The notes below the pieces were generated by a model that saw nothing but the letters and a program-made list of their open reading frames with translations, searched no databases and was not told the origin of the DNA. Of a stretch of DNA of 64,000 nt, positions 22,201-30,831 are shown in pieces. The first letter of the stretch is position 1; every line of letters starts with the position of its first letter. Origin of the DNA: Sedimentisphaerales bacterium (GTDB lineage: Bacteria; Planctomycetota; Phycisphaerae; Sedimentisphaerales; SM23-30); assembly GCA_963663965.2 (NCBI GenBank), contig CAXXFK010000020.1, forward strand, positions 192,001 to 256,000, given 5' to 3'. Both the position numbers and the translations under genes were made by a program.

Positions 22201-24058
22201 CGATACGCAACTCATTCACCGGCTGCACCTGGACAATCCGCGTATCCAGTACCGTGCGGCCCTCGTGATTGATTTGATAGGCGTTCACCCGCAGTGTACC
22301 CGACAGCGACGCCGGCAGGTCAATCACCAGATCGCCCCGCCCCGCTTCCACCTCCAGCGTCCGGGCCAGCATCGTCTGGCGGTCCTTGATAATATCGACA
22401 AACATCCGCTCCGTCGTATTGGCTGTGATCACACGGATCGCCAGCGGCTCGCCGCCGCGATAGACCGCCTTGCCGGTCCGCAGAATAAAACGCCGTTCAT
22501 CCCCCACCTGCTCCAGGCTCTTTTCATAGATCCCGTTATTGCCCTGTGTATCCACCGCCGTAATACGCAAGGGCGTCTCTTCATCGCCACTTATCGTCAG
22601 CAGCGCCACCCCGGTAGTATCGGTGCGGACCTGTTTACCATTGACATTCAGCGAACAGAGCGCCGGCCGCCCATCGGGATAAGCCGTCAGAATATAGACC
22701 CGGTTCTCCAGTCCCGGCACCATCGCGCCGCTTTCCGGAATCACATGCACATCAATCGCCTGACTCGCCACTACCACTGGTTCCCGGGTCTGCTGCGTGT
22801 GCCCGGCGGTATCGGTCACACTCACCCCCAGTTCAATCACCGCGTTGCCGCCCGTACGCAAACTGCCGGCCAGCCGGTCCGGGATAATATGCTCCAATTG
22901 AAACTTCCCCTGCGCATCCGTCTGCCCCGTCACGCGAAACAGTTCCAACTCCCCGGCCAGATAGGTGTTCGCCACCACCTCCACCTGTCCAGCGGCCACC
23001 GGCTTGCCAAAGAAATAATCCGCCTGCACCGTCACCTGCATCACTTCACCGGCCAGATAATAGGGTCGATGCGACTCCGCCATCACCTTGAATTTGGGCA
23101 GTACATACTGTTTCACCGTCACGCTCTTTTCCGAAGTCACCCCGCCGGCATCAATCACAATCTTATACAACCCGGTATTGACCAGCGTCGCCAGTTCAAA
23201 ATCCGCCGCCGCGATCCCGAATTCCGAAGTTTGCTCCTCCGCGCGAAACACCTTGTTGCCCTTGGGATCCTCGACTTCAAAAACCACCGGCTGCCGGTCG
23301 GCCGGTTTTTGCGACACGGTATGCAGCGCCAGCGCCCGCATATGGATGGTCTGGCCCGGCTGATACAGCGGCTTGTCCGTCGTCACATAGATCCGCTGCG
23401 GCCGCTTGACCGTAATCGCCTGGCTCATCGAATCGCTGTCCCACCCCACCGGAATCACATTCAGGGTATAGTCTCCGCCCGCCATCGCCGGAATCACAAT
23501 CGGATCATCCAGACAGCCATCCGGCCCGGTGCGAAACCGGCCCAGTTCCACTTTTTTATTCGAGTCCTTACTCACCAGTTCGATCCGGACCGCCTTATCC
23601 TCCAGCGGTTTGCCCGTCTGGTAATCCTCCAGCAGAACCCGCAAAGCCGCCTCACTGCCGGAATACAGGCTGTCCTGCCCCAGCACTGTCATATTCACCA
23701 ACTTGGGCGACCAGACATACGCGCGATAGCCATAATACCCCAGCGCCGCCAGATAGAATAGCGCGGCGATCTTCAACACCTTCATAAAGATCTTCGGCAC
23801 CCGGGAAGGGCCCCTGGGTTCCTGATCCGGCTCCGCGGAGCCCGGATCGATCTGACCCATAATGGATTCGGTCACATCCCCCTCTTGATAATACTGACCC
23901 GCCGCCAGCAGCCGCTCGCGCAAGGTACGATTCTCCAGGTAAAACCGCCCGCAGTCCTCACACGCCTCCACATGCAATTCCATCAGCGACCGGGTCCGCT
24001 CATCCAGCAGACCTTCCAGGTACGCGATCATTTTATCCTGACATTCCTGACATTTCAT
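19250..24058 (-). CDS. zf-HC2 anti-sigma domain fused to a membrane-anchored alpha-2-macroglobulin (thioester protein), 1602 aa
   Basis: Likely start ATG 24058 after an AAGGAG RBS. MKCQECQDKMIAYLEGLL...HVEACEDC (zf-HC2); TM helix; TDKPLYQPGQ and YVLPKF (MG domains); VDEAVF; RVRHYFPETLLW; DSITTW; MPYGCFEQ thioester; TQSTIL; MAIVDLGIPPGF; VYEYYQP C-terminus. Confidence 0.9.
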   Translation of the reverse strand: MKCQECQDKMIAYLEGLLDERTRSLMELHVEACEDCGRFYLENRTLRERLLAAGQYYQEGDVTESIMGQIDPGSAEPDQEPRGPSRVPKIFMKVLKIAALFYLAALGYYGYRAYVWSPKLVNMTVLGQDSLYSGSEAALRVLLEDYQTGKPLEDKAVRIELVSKDSNKKVELGRFRTGPDGCLDDPIVIPAMAGGDYTLNVIPVGWDSDSMSQAITVKRPQRIYVTTDKPLYQPGQTIHMRALALHTVSQKPADRQPVVFEVEDPKGNKVFRAEEQTSEFGIAAADFELATLVNTGLYKIVIDAGGVTSEKSVTVKQYVLPKFKVMAESHRPYYLAGEVMQVTVQADYFFGKPVAAGQVEVVANTYLAGELELFRVTGQTDAQGKFQLEHIIPDRLAGSLRTGGNAVIELGVSVTDTAGHTQQTREPVVVASQAIDVHVIPESGAMVPGLENRVYILTAYPDGRPALCSLNVNGKQVRTDTTGVALLTISGDEETPLRITAVDTQGNNGIYEKSLEQVGDERRFILRTGKAVYRGGEPLAIRVITANTTERMFVDIIKDRQTMLARTLEVEAGRGDLVIDLPASLSGTLRVNAYQINHEGRTVLDTRIVQVQPVNELRIDARPDKPVYRPGDPVTIDLQVTDRYRQSVPAALGVCAVDEAVFYVGENRPGLMEQFFAIDEEMLQPAYQIKFAVSPAQLLGGDERYQTLAMALFSIREKNAVDSLRNAQILKELKEYIDPHILENIQKYIDNPGFSEILNQPRYQEIMKILKPDKPMYSISYANRYDNQKKSGSMEKIFKNTFFRLLIIGTIIGMLILFFSAIIQIRYLILKIVLILFLSLFVSSLFMPALGRSRIRAKEMVAASAMQAADSAIEMVRNDNPSLFSESMTGQSSAPPRVRHYFPETLLWQPQVITDDGGRARIELTAADSITTWRMNIDAVSAGGQLGSCELGLKVFQDFFVDLDLPVALTRNDEITLPVVCYNYLNREQTVELALQVDSWCEVLDQSRKQLTLQPNEVLSVSFRIKAVEVGTHPLMVLAQGQAMSDAIRREVRVKPDGREVNWLVSDSLTGDNRHTLTLAEEAIAHSQQLQLTLYPSTFSEVMEGLDAIFQMPYGCFEQTSSITYPNIMVLQYMLETKQVTPEIEAKARKFIAAGYQRLLTFEVAGGGFDWFGNPPANIMLSAYGVMEFSDMARVHSVDKRIIDRTAAWLFGKQREDGSWPDDRDVHLVDVQRMGPVAPTAYIAWNLAEAGIEHEGVARAMAYLREHLGEVRSPYVMALAANALLAANPNDTAGRQLADVLANRFEQEGQLALLSGDGCGMMYSRGICLDIETTALGTMALMKGNRHGEIVRKALTWLTRQKDSYGSWHSTQSTILTMKALMMGMRQALGSDQTIQLEVQVNGRPAGQAVIDARNSDLVQALNLSEILRPGENAIRISSRGGSIPYRLSGGYWVPDREPGTLVEPGPDRQLDIAVSYDRTRLGVDDRLGCTVTVRNLSGGVVPMAIVDLGIPPGFGVDPAGFQLLQAAGQLARYEITGTQCILYLRALPADKPFTFDYQLKAKYPVKARIEPARVYEYYQPDNRAESQPFMVEVELNPEMEL

Positions 24059-24090
24059 GGCTGTATCTCCTTGCCAACCGCAGTTGACAG

Positions 24091-24639
24091 TTATGGGTTG
24101 AGTGAATGGGCCAGCCGTTCGCGCAGCATCTGATAGGCGCGCGACAGCATCTTGGTCACCGTGCCGATCGGCATCTCCATCTGGGTCGCCACTTCGCGGC
24201 ACGTCAGACCGCTGAAATAGCGCATCATCACCAGGTTCCGATACGGCTCCGGCAGGCTCTCCAGCGCCTCTTCCAGTTCATAATCGCCCGCGGGCGACTG
24301 CGAACCGGGATGATTCGGTTGGGTTTTCATCCGGGACACCTCTTTGTGTTTCTTTTCCGTGCGAACGGTTTCCAGTACGACCAGGTAAGCGATCCCCAAC
24401 AGCCACGCGCCCAGCTTCTCCGGCTCCTTCAACTCATCCAGCCCGCGCCACGCTCGCAGAAAGGTCTCCTGCACAATATCGTCCGTATCATGGATATGGT
24501 GTTTACGCGCCAGCCAGGCCCGCACGATCGGCTGATAACGCCGGATCACTACCCGAAACGCCTCAGCCTGACCGCCCAGGCACCGCGCGATCGCCTCCCG
24601 GTCGGACAGGGCCGCCTGATTGTTGGTCTGTGTTTCCAA
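24091..24639 (-). CDS. ECF RNA polymerase sigma factor (sigma-70 regions 2 and 4)
   Basis: DDIVQETFLRAW...AWLLGIA (region 2); LPEPYRNLVMMRYFSGLTCREVATQMEMPIGTVTKMLSRA (region 4.2); ends 32 bp upstream of the zf-HC2 gene start. Confidence 0.93.
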   Translation of the reverse strand: METQTNNQAALSDREAIARCLGGQAEAFRVVIRRYQPIVRAWLARKHHIHDTDDIVQETFLRAWRGLDELKEPEKLGAWLLGIAYLVVLETVRTEKKHKEVSRMKTQPNHPGSQSPAGDYELEEALESLPEPYRNLVMMRYFSGLTCREVATQMEMPIGTVTKMLSRAYQMLRERLAHSLNP

Positions 24640-24661
24640 TGCTTAACCTTCCCATAAATAC

Positions 24662-24687
24662 GTGGCACGGGCATCCTGCCCGTGATT
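24662..24687. repeat. REP-like palindromic element
   Basis: GTGG-CACGGGCA-tcc-TGCCCGTG-att; a degenerate copy ending cctgcccgtgatt lies at about 38278-38303. Confidence 0.55.
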
Positions 24688-25186
24688 GAGTTTTGTATTT
24701 TTTCACAGGCGCCAATGCCCGGTCAACCTGGTTTTTCGCAACAGGAACGGATTGCTATTCACTTGTTTAACGATTAAAGGATACACCAGTGTTTCTTTCT
24801 ACCTGATTGTGAAAAAAATCAGCCGGATTGCGACAAAATATTATATTTTTTTGCATTTCTTCATTTCCACCCCATCCCCAACACCGCTCTAACCGCCGGT
24901 AAAAAATCAATTTAGCAACAAACACTCGACCTTTTACAGGTTTGTCAGGACAAATACCAGCTTCAGATATGCCTTGACACTATGCATAATAATGTGTTAT
25001 TACTGAATAATAGGTATGACCGAATTTGCATATTAGAGTATTTAATGAAAATCAGGCATTATATGTCTATATTTTCTTAATTTGGTAATAAAAATTCTGA
25101 GTCATGAAAGGAGTGAACATGTTGGTGGAATCAAGCTCTAAGGTTGTTTCGGTAGTTGTCTTTCTTTATGGTTAAATGTTTTCTAA

Positions 25187-26164
25187 ATGGCCAGGAATTC
25201 ACCCAAAATTCAAAGATTGCTAAAGCAAAATGCAACTACTAAGCGGAAATATGTTGTTAATTATGCCACGGATTTACCACATATTTTGGTTGAACTTGAG
25301 CCAGACCAGGATCCGAACAATCCTGACACCGTTGAGCGGTTATACTATTATTACAATGATTTATTAGTTGCTCATCGTGAAGGGGCCTATTCAATCGGTC
25401 AGTACCAAAACAGATATTTTTATCTGCATGACCGATTAGGCAGCGTCAGACAGATCATCGATTATTTAGGTAATGTGAAAAATCGTTATATTTATTCACC
25501 CTGGGGCAACCAGTTACTGGATGAATGTGAAACAACGATTGAAAACAATTATCTCTTTACCGGGTTATTTTATGACTGGGAAATTGATGCTTATGATGCC
25601 CGGGCAAGGGAATACTTCCCCTACCTGGCAAGATTTAATGGCTACGATCCTGTCCTTGGAAATTTCCAGGAACCACTTACCCTGCATCAGTATTTGTATT
25701 GTTTGAATGATCCAGTGAATATGATTGATTCAGATGGGAATATGGCATTCGTAGCAATGATGACTGGAACAGGCGGAGCAACAGCATTAGAATGCGCATT
25801 ATATGCTGGCGGTGCTACTTTAGCAGTTTATGTAACATACAAGTTGTTTGATGCAATTGATTTAAATAATACTGTCTTAGATTTAGTGATTGCTGCTGAT
25901 AATGCATTGGATAACATTAATGATGCTCTTATGGATACTGCTATTAATATAGCTGTTTGGGCAAAATCGCGTGATAGTAGTAAAAATGAACCACATGGTG
26001 ATGGTGGGAGATCACTAGAGAAAGCAAGAAAACAAATTGAAGAATTGGAAGAGCAACTTAAGGATGCAACTGGAAGAGAAGCAAAAAAAATTAAAAATAA
26101 AATCAAAAGGATATGGGACGATGCACAAAAAAAGAAAAAAGGAGAAACACACCATAAAAGATAA
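25187..26164 (+). CDS. Orphan Rhs-core fragment with C-terminal polymorphic toxin domain
   Basis: YFYLHDRLGSVRQI..Y.YSPWG, YLFTG..D..YDARAREY.P..RF..DP, LHQYLYCLNDPVNMIDSDG (Rhs core end), then a low-GC ~140-aa tip; no N-terminal YD repeats. Confidence 0.85.
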   Translation: MARNSPKIQRLLKQNATTKRKYVVNYATDLPHILVELEPDQDPNNPDTVERLYYYYNDLLVAHREGAYSIGQYQNRYFYLHDRLGSVRQIIDYLGNVKNRYIYSPWGNQLLDECETTIENNYLFTGLFYDWEIDAYDARAREYFPYLARFNGYDPVLGNFQEPLTLHQYLYCLNDPVNMIDSDGNMAFVAMMTGTGGATALECALYAGGATLAVYVTYKLFDAIDLNNTVLDLVIAADNALDNINDALMDTAINIAVWAKSRDSSKNEPHGDGGRSLEKARKQIEELEEQLKDATGREAKKIKNKIKRIWDDAQKKKKGETHHKR

Positions 26165-26178
26165 ATGAGGTATAAGAT

Positions 26179-26658
26179 ATGATAAGTAAAGTTATTATAA
26201 AACCACTTATAGGCATAGATAGTATTCATCTAGGGATGCAAAGAAATGTTGTAGAGACTGTATTAGGTGTTCCAGATTTGTTTGAGCAAAAAGCTTATGA
26301 TGAAGATGATAGCACAGAAGTGATATTGGAATACACAAGCTTTGGTATTGAATTGACGTTTTCGTCTACAGACAATTATCTTCTTGGAACAATAACGATA
26401 AAATCAGAGGAAGCAGAGCTTAATGGTCATAAAATAATCGGTTTGAGGGAAAACGAATTTTTGAATTTGTTATCTCATATCAATATTGGCCCAATTAAAT
26501 TGGAAGACGATTTTATTGATTTAGATTCGCGCGACTACACGTGTGATAGCCTGAGTATGTCCTTTTGGGTACATAACGGAATATTAACCTCAATAACATT
26601 ATATCCTAAATATGATGATACGGGGAATACTCCTATTTGGCCGAATATTATTAGATAA
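26179..26658 (+). CDS. Putative cognate immunity protein
   Basis: Starts 14 bp after the toxin stop with a GAGG RBS; small, very acidic, low GC; IKPLIGIDSIHLGMQRNVVETVLGVP N-terminus. Confidence 0.6.
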   Translation: MISKVIIKPLIGIDSIHLGMQRNVVETVLGVPDLFEQKAYDEDDSTEVILEYTSFGIELTFSSTDNYLLGTITIKSEEAELNGHKIIGLRENEFLNLLSHINIGPIKLEDDFIDLDSRDYTCDSLSMSFWVHNGILTSITLYPKYDDTGNTPIWPNIIR

Positions 26659-26864
26659 GCAAACGGTTCTTCCTTTGTTTTTTTAATATTATATTTATTC
26701 TCACCGAGGTGGCCATGAACGCAATGATATAAGTATCAAATGACTTTGGAAAGAAAGACTTATCAAATTACTTAAGCTTACAGTAATGAATCGTTTATTT
26801 ATAAAGACATCTTGAAATGCATAATATTTCTTATAGTTTTTCGACATAAATTTCGGAGGATAAA

Positions 26865-27938
26865 ATGAAAAACCATGTTTTAACATTAGTTCTATTGTTA
26901 ATCGTATCTAGTGCCAATGCTATGGATTATGTTGTCTATGACATCGGTAAACTGCATTATTTTGGCAGCTGGGGTACTGAGTCAATTCAAATTAATAATA
27001 ATAACCAGGTCGTTGCTGCTGTTTCAACCGGAACCGGCCAGGCAAAGATAGTCTATTGGGATAATAATCAAATCGATGATATTCCTTTTACTGCTATTGA
27101 TTCATATTCTCCGGATATTGTTCATATCAATGACGCCGGTCTGGTATTATGCCAGAGCCAGTGGAAATCGGAACTATGGACAAAAAATAATGGGGCATGG
27201 GAAATGCTTGGGGAAACAGGAATACTCAGGGCAACCGATTTAAATAATCATGGCGACGTTTGTTCAGGAAACGTTTACGCCAGAAAGAGCGATAGTTACC
27301 ATCCCATTTCAACTGATATTGTTGGGTGTGGTTTGAATGATTCCGATGTCATTGTTGGGCAGCAAGTTACCATGAACACCCCCCCAACTAGTGGTGACCT
27401 TTACCTGAAAAAACCGGCCATGTGGGCGAATGGCGCCATTACCCTGTTAACGGAACCTTCCGGTTATGATAATGTCCAGGCACTTGATATCAATAATCAA
27501 GGAATCATCATTGGAGAAGCCTATAAGGAAATTAATGGAATTCCTCAAAATAAATACATTAACACCGCTTTTGTGTGGGAAGATGGCCAATATTGTGAAC
27601 TGCCTTGTGATTATGACTGGGTCAAAGCCATGGCTATTAACGATACGGATAATCCCATCATTGTCGGAGGCTATGGCAAATCCAGCTTTCTGCCTGGAGT
27701 TACTACTGCCTGCTTATGGCAGAATGGCGAACTGATCAATCTGGCGGATTTTGAAGTGTCAGATGAGGGATGGAAATTTGTATGCGCTATTGATGTTAAT
27801 GATGAGGGATGGATTGTTGGCTATGGCACCAATCCCGACGGTCAGTCCCACCATGGTTTCATCATGCAGCCGGTCCCGGAACCCGCCTCCCTGATCATAA
27901 TGGCTGGGGGATTCCTCGTAATTAAAAAAAGGCGATAA
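26865..27938 (+). CDS. PEP-CTERM surface protein with HAF-type extracellular repeats
   Basis: Signal peptide; repeated A.DIN..G.IVG / AFVW..G units; C-terminal VPEPASLIIMAGGFLVIKKRR. Confidence 0.88.
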   Translation: MKNHVLTLVLLLIVSSANAMDYVVYDIGKLHYFGSWGTESIQINNNNQVVAAVSTGTGQAKIVYWDNNQIDDIPFTAIDSYSPDIVHINDAGLVLCQSQWKSELWTKNNGAWEMLGETGILRATDLNNHGDVCSGNVYARKSDSYHPISTDIVGCGLNDSDVIVGQQVTMNTPPTSGDLYLKKPAMWANGAITLLTEPSGYDNVQALDINNQGIIIGEAYKEINGIPQNKYINTAFVWEDGQYCELPCDYDWVKAMAINDTDNPIIVGGYGKSSFLPGVTTACLWQNGELINLADFEVSDEGWKFVCAIDVNDEGWIVGYGTNPDGQSHHGFIMQPVPEPASLIIMAGGFLVIKKRR

Positions 27939-27994
27939 CCGCCTGAATAATAACTCAATTTTGAATTCCAACCTGCTTGGGCCAATTATCCCAA

Positions 27995-28549
27995 TCACCC
28001 CGCCAGTTCCGCGCCGCGTAAGATTGCCTGTTCATTCAGTGGAATCAGGTGATGATAGCGTTTGGCCAGTACATCCTTCAGGCAATCGCACGCCTGCTGC
28101 GGGCTGATACACCCGGTGGATTTCAGCCAGCCGCCCAGCGCCACCATGTTGGAACTTTTGATACTGCCCAGTTTGTTCGCCGTCTCATCGGCCGGGATCT
28201 CGCGCACCCGGATATCCGTCCGGTCGGGCAGCTGATGGACCAGCGTGCTGTTCGAGACCAGCAACCCCTTGGGCTTCAGGCACGCCGAAAACTTATCGCA
28301 CGAAACCTGGTTCATGACAATAATCGAATCCGGCCGTACCACCAGCGGGTTGTCGATCGGATCGGTATCGATCACAATCATGCACTTGGCCGTGCCGCCG
28401 CGCATCTCCGCGCCGTAAGAGGGCATATAGGTCACCTGATATCCGGACAGCATGGCTACCTGGGCGAGTAACTTCCCAACCAGGATCACCCCCTGGCCGC
28501 CATGTCCGGCGATAATAACTTCGTGATGTTTCGATTGGCTTTGTGTCAT
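27995..28549 (-). CDS. 2-oxoacid:ferredoxin oxidoreductase gamma subunit
   Basis: AGHGGQGVIL.G, PSYGAEMRGGTA and NMVALG motifs. Confidence 0.93.
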   Translation of the reverse strand: MTQSQSKHHEVIIAGHGGQGVILVGKLLAQVAMLSGYQVTYMPSYGAEMRGGTAKCMIVIDTDPIDNPLVVRPDSIIVMNQVSCDKFSACLKPKGLLVSNSTLVHQLPDRTDIRVREIPADETANKLGSIKSSNMVALGGWLKSTGCISPQQACDCLKDVLAKRYHHLIPLNEQAILRGAELAG

Positions 28550-28556
28550 AACGCGT

Positions 28557-29318
28557 CTATTGGGGTGCGGTGGTATCCTTTATCAGACCCAGCGGGAAGA
28601 TTTTGATCATTTCAGTTTCGATCCATTTCATCGCCTCGGCCGCGGTCTTGCGCCACGAAATCGGACACGGCGACAGCACCTCCACCAGGTTCAACCCCCG
28701 CACGCCGTTGATCTGGTTCTGAAACGCTTTCTGGATCGCTTTTTTCGTTTTAATCACATTGCCCGGCGTATGCACCGAACACCGTTCGATATAGCTTGTG
28801 CCCGGCAAGACCGCCAGCAGTTCCGAGACGTTCATCGGATAGCCCTGCACCTGCGCGTCGCGGCCGCCCGGCGTGGTCAGTGTCACCTGCTTTTCCAGCG
28901 TGGTCGGCGCCATCTGGCCCCCGGTCATCCCGTAGATGGCGTTATTGATAAAAATAACCGTGATCCGCTCGCCCCGATGGGCCGCGTGCAGAATTTCACC
29001 CGCGCCGATCGAGGCCAGGTCGCCGTCGCCCTGGTACGAAAAGACGATCATCTCCGGCCGCACCCGTTTGATCCCCGTCGCCACCGCCGGCGCCCGGCCA
29101 TGGGCCACCTCGATCATATCGACATCGATATAATCATACGCCAGCACCGCGCAACCCACCGGCGCGATGCCGATGGTCTTGCCCTGGATCCCCAGTTCTT
29201 CGATCACTTCACAGACCAGGCGATGGGCCACTCCATGCCCGCACCCGGGACAGTAATGGGTACACTGATCCTTCAGGACCGGCGTCTTCGAAAATATAGT
29301 TTTTAATGCTTCTGCCAT
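28557..29318 (-). CDS. 2-oxoacid:ferredoxin oxidoreductase beta (TPP-binding) subunit, Vor-type
   Basis: HYCPGCGHG, PVGC, HGRAPAVATG, YQGDGDLASIG, NNAIYGMTGGQMAPTT and SPCP motifs. Confidence 0.93.
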   Translation of the reverse strand: MAEALKTIFSKTPVLKDQCTHYCPGCGHGVAHRLVCEVIEELGIQGKTIGIAPVGCAVLAYDYIDVDMIEVAHGRAPAVATGIKRVRPEMIVFSYQGDGDLASIGAGEILHAAHRGERITVIFINNAIYGMTGGQMAPTTLEKQVTLTTPGGRDAQVQGYPMNVSELLAVLPGTSYIERCSVHTPGNVIKTKKAIQKAFQNQINGVRGLNLVEVLSPCPISWRKTAAEAMKWIETEMIKIFPLGLIKDTTAPQ

Positions 29319-29447
29319 TGGATTATTGGATTTCTTTAGCTTTTTTAATAAATCGTTTCGTGGTCAGGTTCGATTCCGAGACTAAATTGAGTACGGTCTC
29401 AACATTCAATCAAGTCGCTGACTCTTGTTCGTGTCCATTCGCGGTTT

Positions 29448-30515
29448 TTAACCTTTTTTGTCTTCGGCCAGTTCCGTTATCTTTTCCAATATTGCCGCCG
29501 CCGAGGGAATCCCCCCGCCGGCCCGGCCATAAAAAGACACCGGCGCGCGGCCCTCCACACCCAGGCGCACATCATCGAGCATCTGGCCCAGACTCATTTC
29601 CACTGTTAAAAACTGCTTAACCCGGTCCGCCAGCGTGCCAAACGCCTTATACGGGAACGGCCACAAGGTAATCGGCCGAATCAAACCCGCCTTGATGCCC
29701 TGCTTGCGGGCCTGACGAATCGCCGGACGGGCAATCCGCGACATCATGCCATAAGCCGCCACCACAATCTCCGCGTCTTCGGTCATCCATTCTTCACAAC
29801 GGACCTCGTTGGCATAGATATCATCGTATTTTGCCTGTAATTTCAGATTATGCTCTTCCAAACCCCCTTCAGCCAGTATCAGCGACCGAACAATATGCTG
29901 CGATCGATTCTTCATCCCGGTCAGCGCCCAGTCCTTGGCCGGCAATGCCATCTTTTCGACTCGACGCGACAAATCCACCGGCTCCATCATCTGGCCCAGC
30001 ACCCCATCGCCCAGGATCATCACCGGGATCCGGTAGACATCCGCCAGATCGAACGCCAGATAAACATGGTCCACCACATCCTGCACACTGGCCGGCGCCA
30101 GCACAATCGTGCGATAATCGCCATGCCCGCCGCCGCGCGTCGCCTGAAAATAATCCGACTGGGACGGCGCGATATTACCCAGTCCCGGCCCGCCGCGCAT
30201 CATATTCACGATCACACAGGGCAGCTCGGCGCCGCACAGATAACTGATACCTTCCTGCATCAGACTGATACCCGGACTCGACGAACTGGTCATGGTCCGC
30301 GCGCCGGTCGCCGCCGCGCCAAACACCATATTGATGGCCGCGACTTCGCTTTCACTTTGCAGAAAAATCCGCCCTTCCTGGGGCATCCGCCGCGACATAT
30401 AAGCCGGTACTTCGTTCTGGGGGGTAATCGGATACCCGAAATACGCTTCGCAACCTGCTTGTATCGCCGCCTCGGCCAGGGCTTCGTTACCGCACATGAG
30501 TGTCATCTGACTCAA
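29448..30515 (-). CDS. vorB: 2-oxoisovalerate (3-methyl-2-oxobutanoate):ferredoxin oxidoreductase alpha-type subunit
   Basis: GNEALAEAAI.AGC..YFGYPITPQ.E, QSESEVAAINMV.GAA, TSSSSPGISLMQE and RGGPGLGNI.P.QSDYFQATRGGGHGDY motifs. Confidence 0.88.
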   Translation of the reverse strand: MSQMTLMCGNEALAEAAIQAGCEAYFGYPITPQNEVPAYMSRRMPQEGRIFLQSESEVAAINMVFGAAATGARTMTSSSSPGISLMQEGISYLCGAELPCVIVNMMRGGPGLGNIAPSQSDYFQATRGGGHGDYRTIVLAPASVQDVVDHVYLAFDLADVYRIPVMILGDGVLGQMMEPVDLSRRVEKMALPAKDWALTGMKNRSQHIVRSLILAEGGLEEHNLKLQAKYDDIYANEVRCEEWMTEDAEIVVAAYGMMSRIARPAIRQARKQGIKAGLIRPITLWPFPYKAFGTLADRVKQFLTVEMSLGQMLDDVRLGVEGRAPVSFYGRAGGGIPSAAAILEKITELAEDKKG

Positions 30516-30520
30516 TTTAA

Positions 30521-30787
30521 CTATTTCTCCACGGCAATGGGGGTATCTGTCTCATCCAATGGTTCGTCCAGTTCCTGGGTAACCACAGCCACGGTAATCG
30601 CGACATCCGGACACATCAACGCGCACATCTTACAGGCGATACAGCATTCAGCATTCTTAGGCTGGGCCGGAAAATACCCCTTGGTGTTGGGATCTTCGTT
30701 TATGGCGATACAGCCCGGCTTGCATACCGAAATACAAAGACCACAGCCTTTGCATCGTTCGCGATCAATAGTGATTTTACCTTTCAT
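30521..30787 (-). CDS. 2x[4Fe-4S] ferredoxin-like delta subunit
   Basis: CKGCGLCISVC and CIACKMCALMCPD; first gene of the oxidoreductase operon. Confidence 0.92.
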   Translation of the reverse strand: MKGKITIDRERCKGCGLCISVCKPGCIAINEDPNTKGYFPAQPKNAECCIACKMCALMCPDVAITVAVVTQELDEPLDETDTPIAVEK

Positions 30788-30813
30788 TTATCGTTGCTCT
30801 CAATAAATCTAAT

Positions 30814-30831
30814 AAGTGATTGTATTCACGA
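30814..30831. promoter_or_regulatory. Rex- or CRP/FNR-like operator upstream of the oxidoreductase operon
   Basis: aaGTGAttgtaTTCACga versus the Rex consensus TTGTGAANNNNTTCACAA (10/14 defined positions), about 27 bp upstream of the start codon. Confidence 0.4.

Noticed and set aside
19871..23761. Long plus-strand ORFs (467 and 597 aa) opposite the A2M gene, and similar ones at 29850, 34320, 42472 and 58015
   Set aside because: Antisense ORFs produced by GC-rich codon bias; no recognisable motifs.
24059..24202. 48-aa N-terminal extension of the A2M ORF given in the ORF track
   Set aside because: Overlaps the sigma gene in another frame; the ATG at 24058 has an AAGGAG RBS and begins the zf-HC2 motif.
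29360..29395. GGTTCGATTCC T-arm-like motif in the vor intergenic spacer
   Set aside because: No acceptor, D or anticodon arms can be folded around it; not a tRNA.
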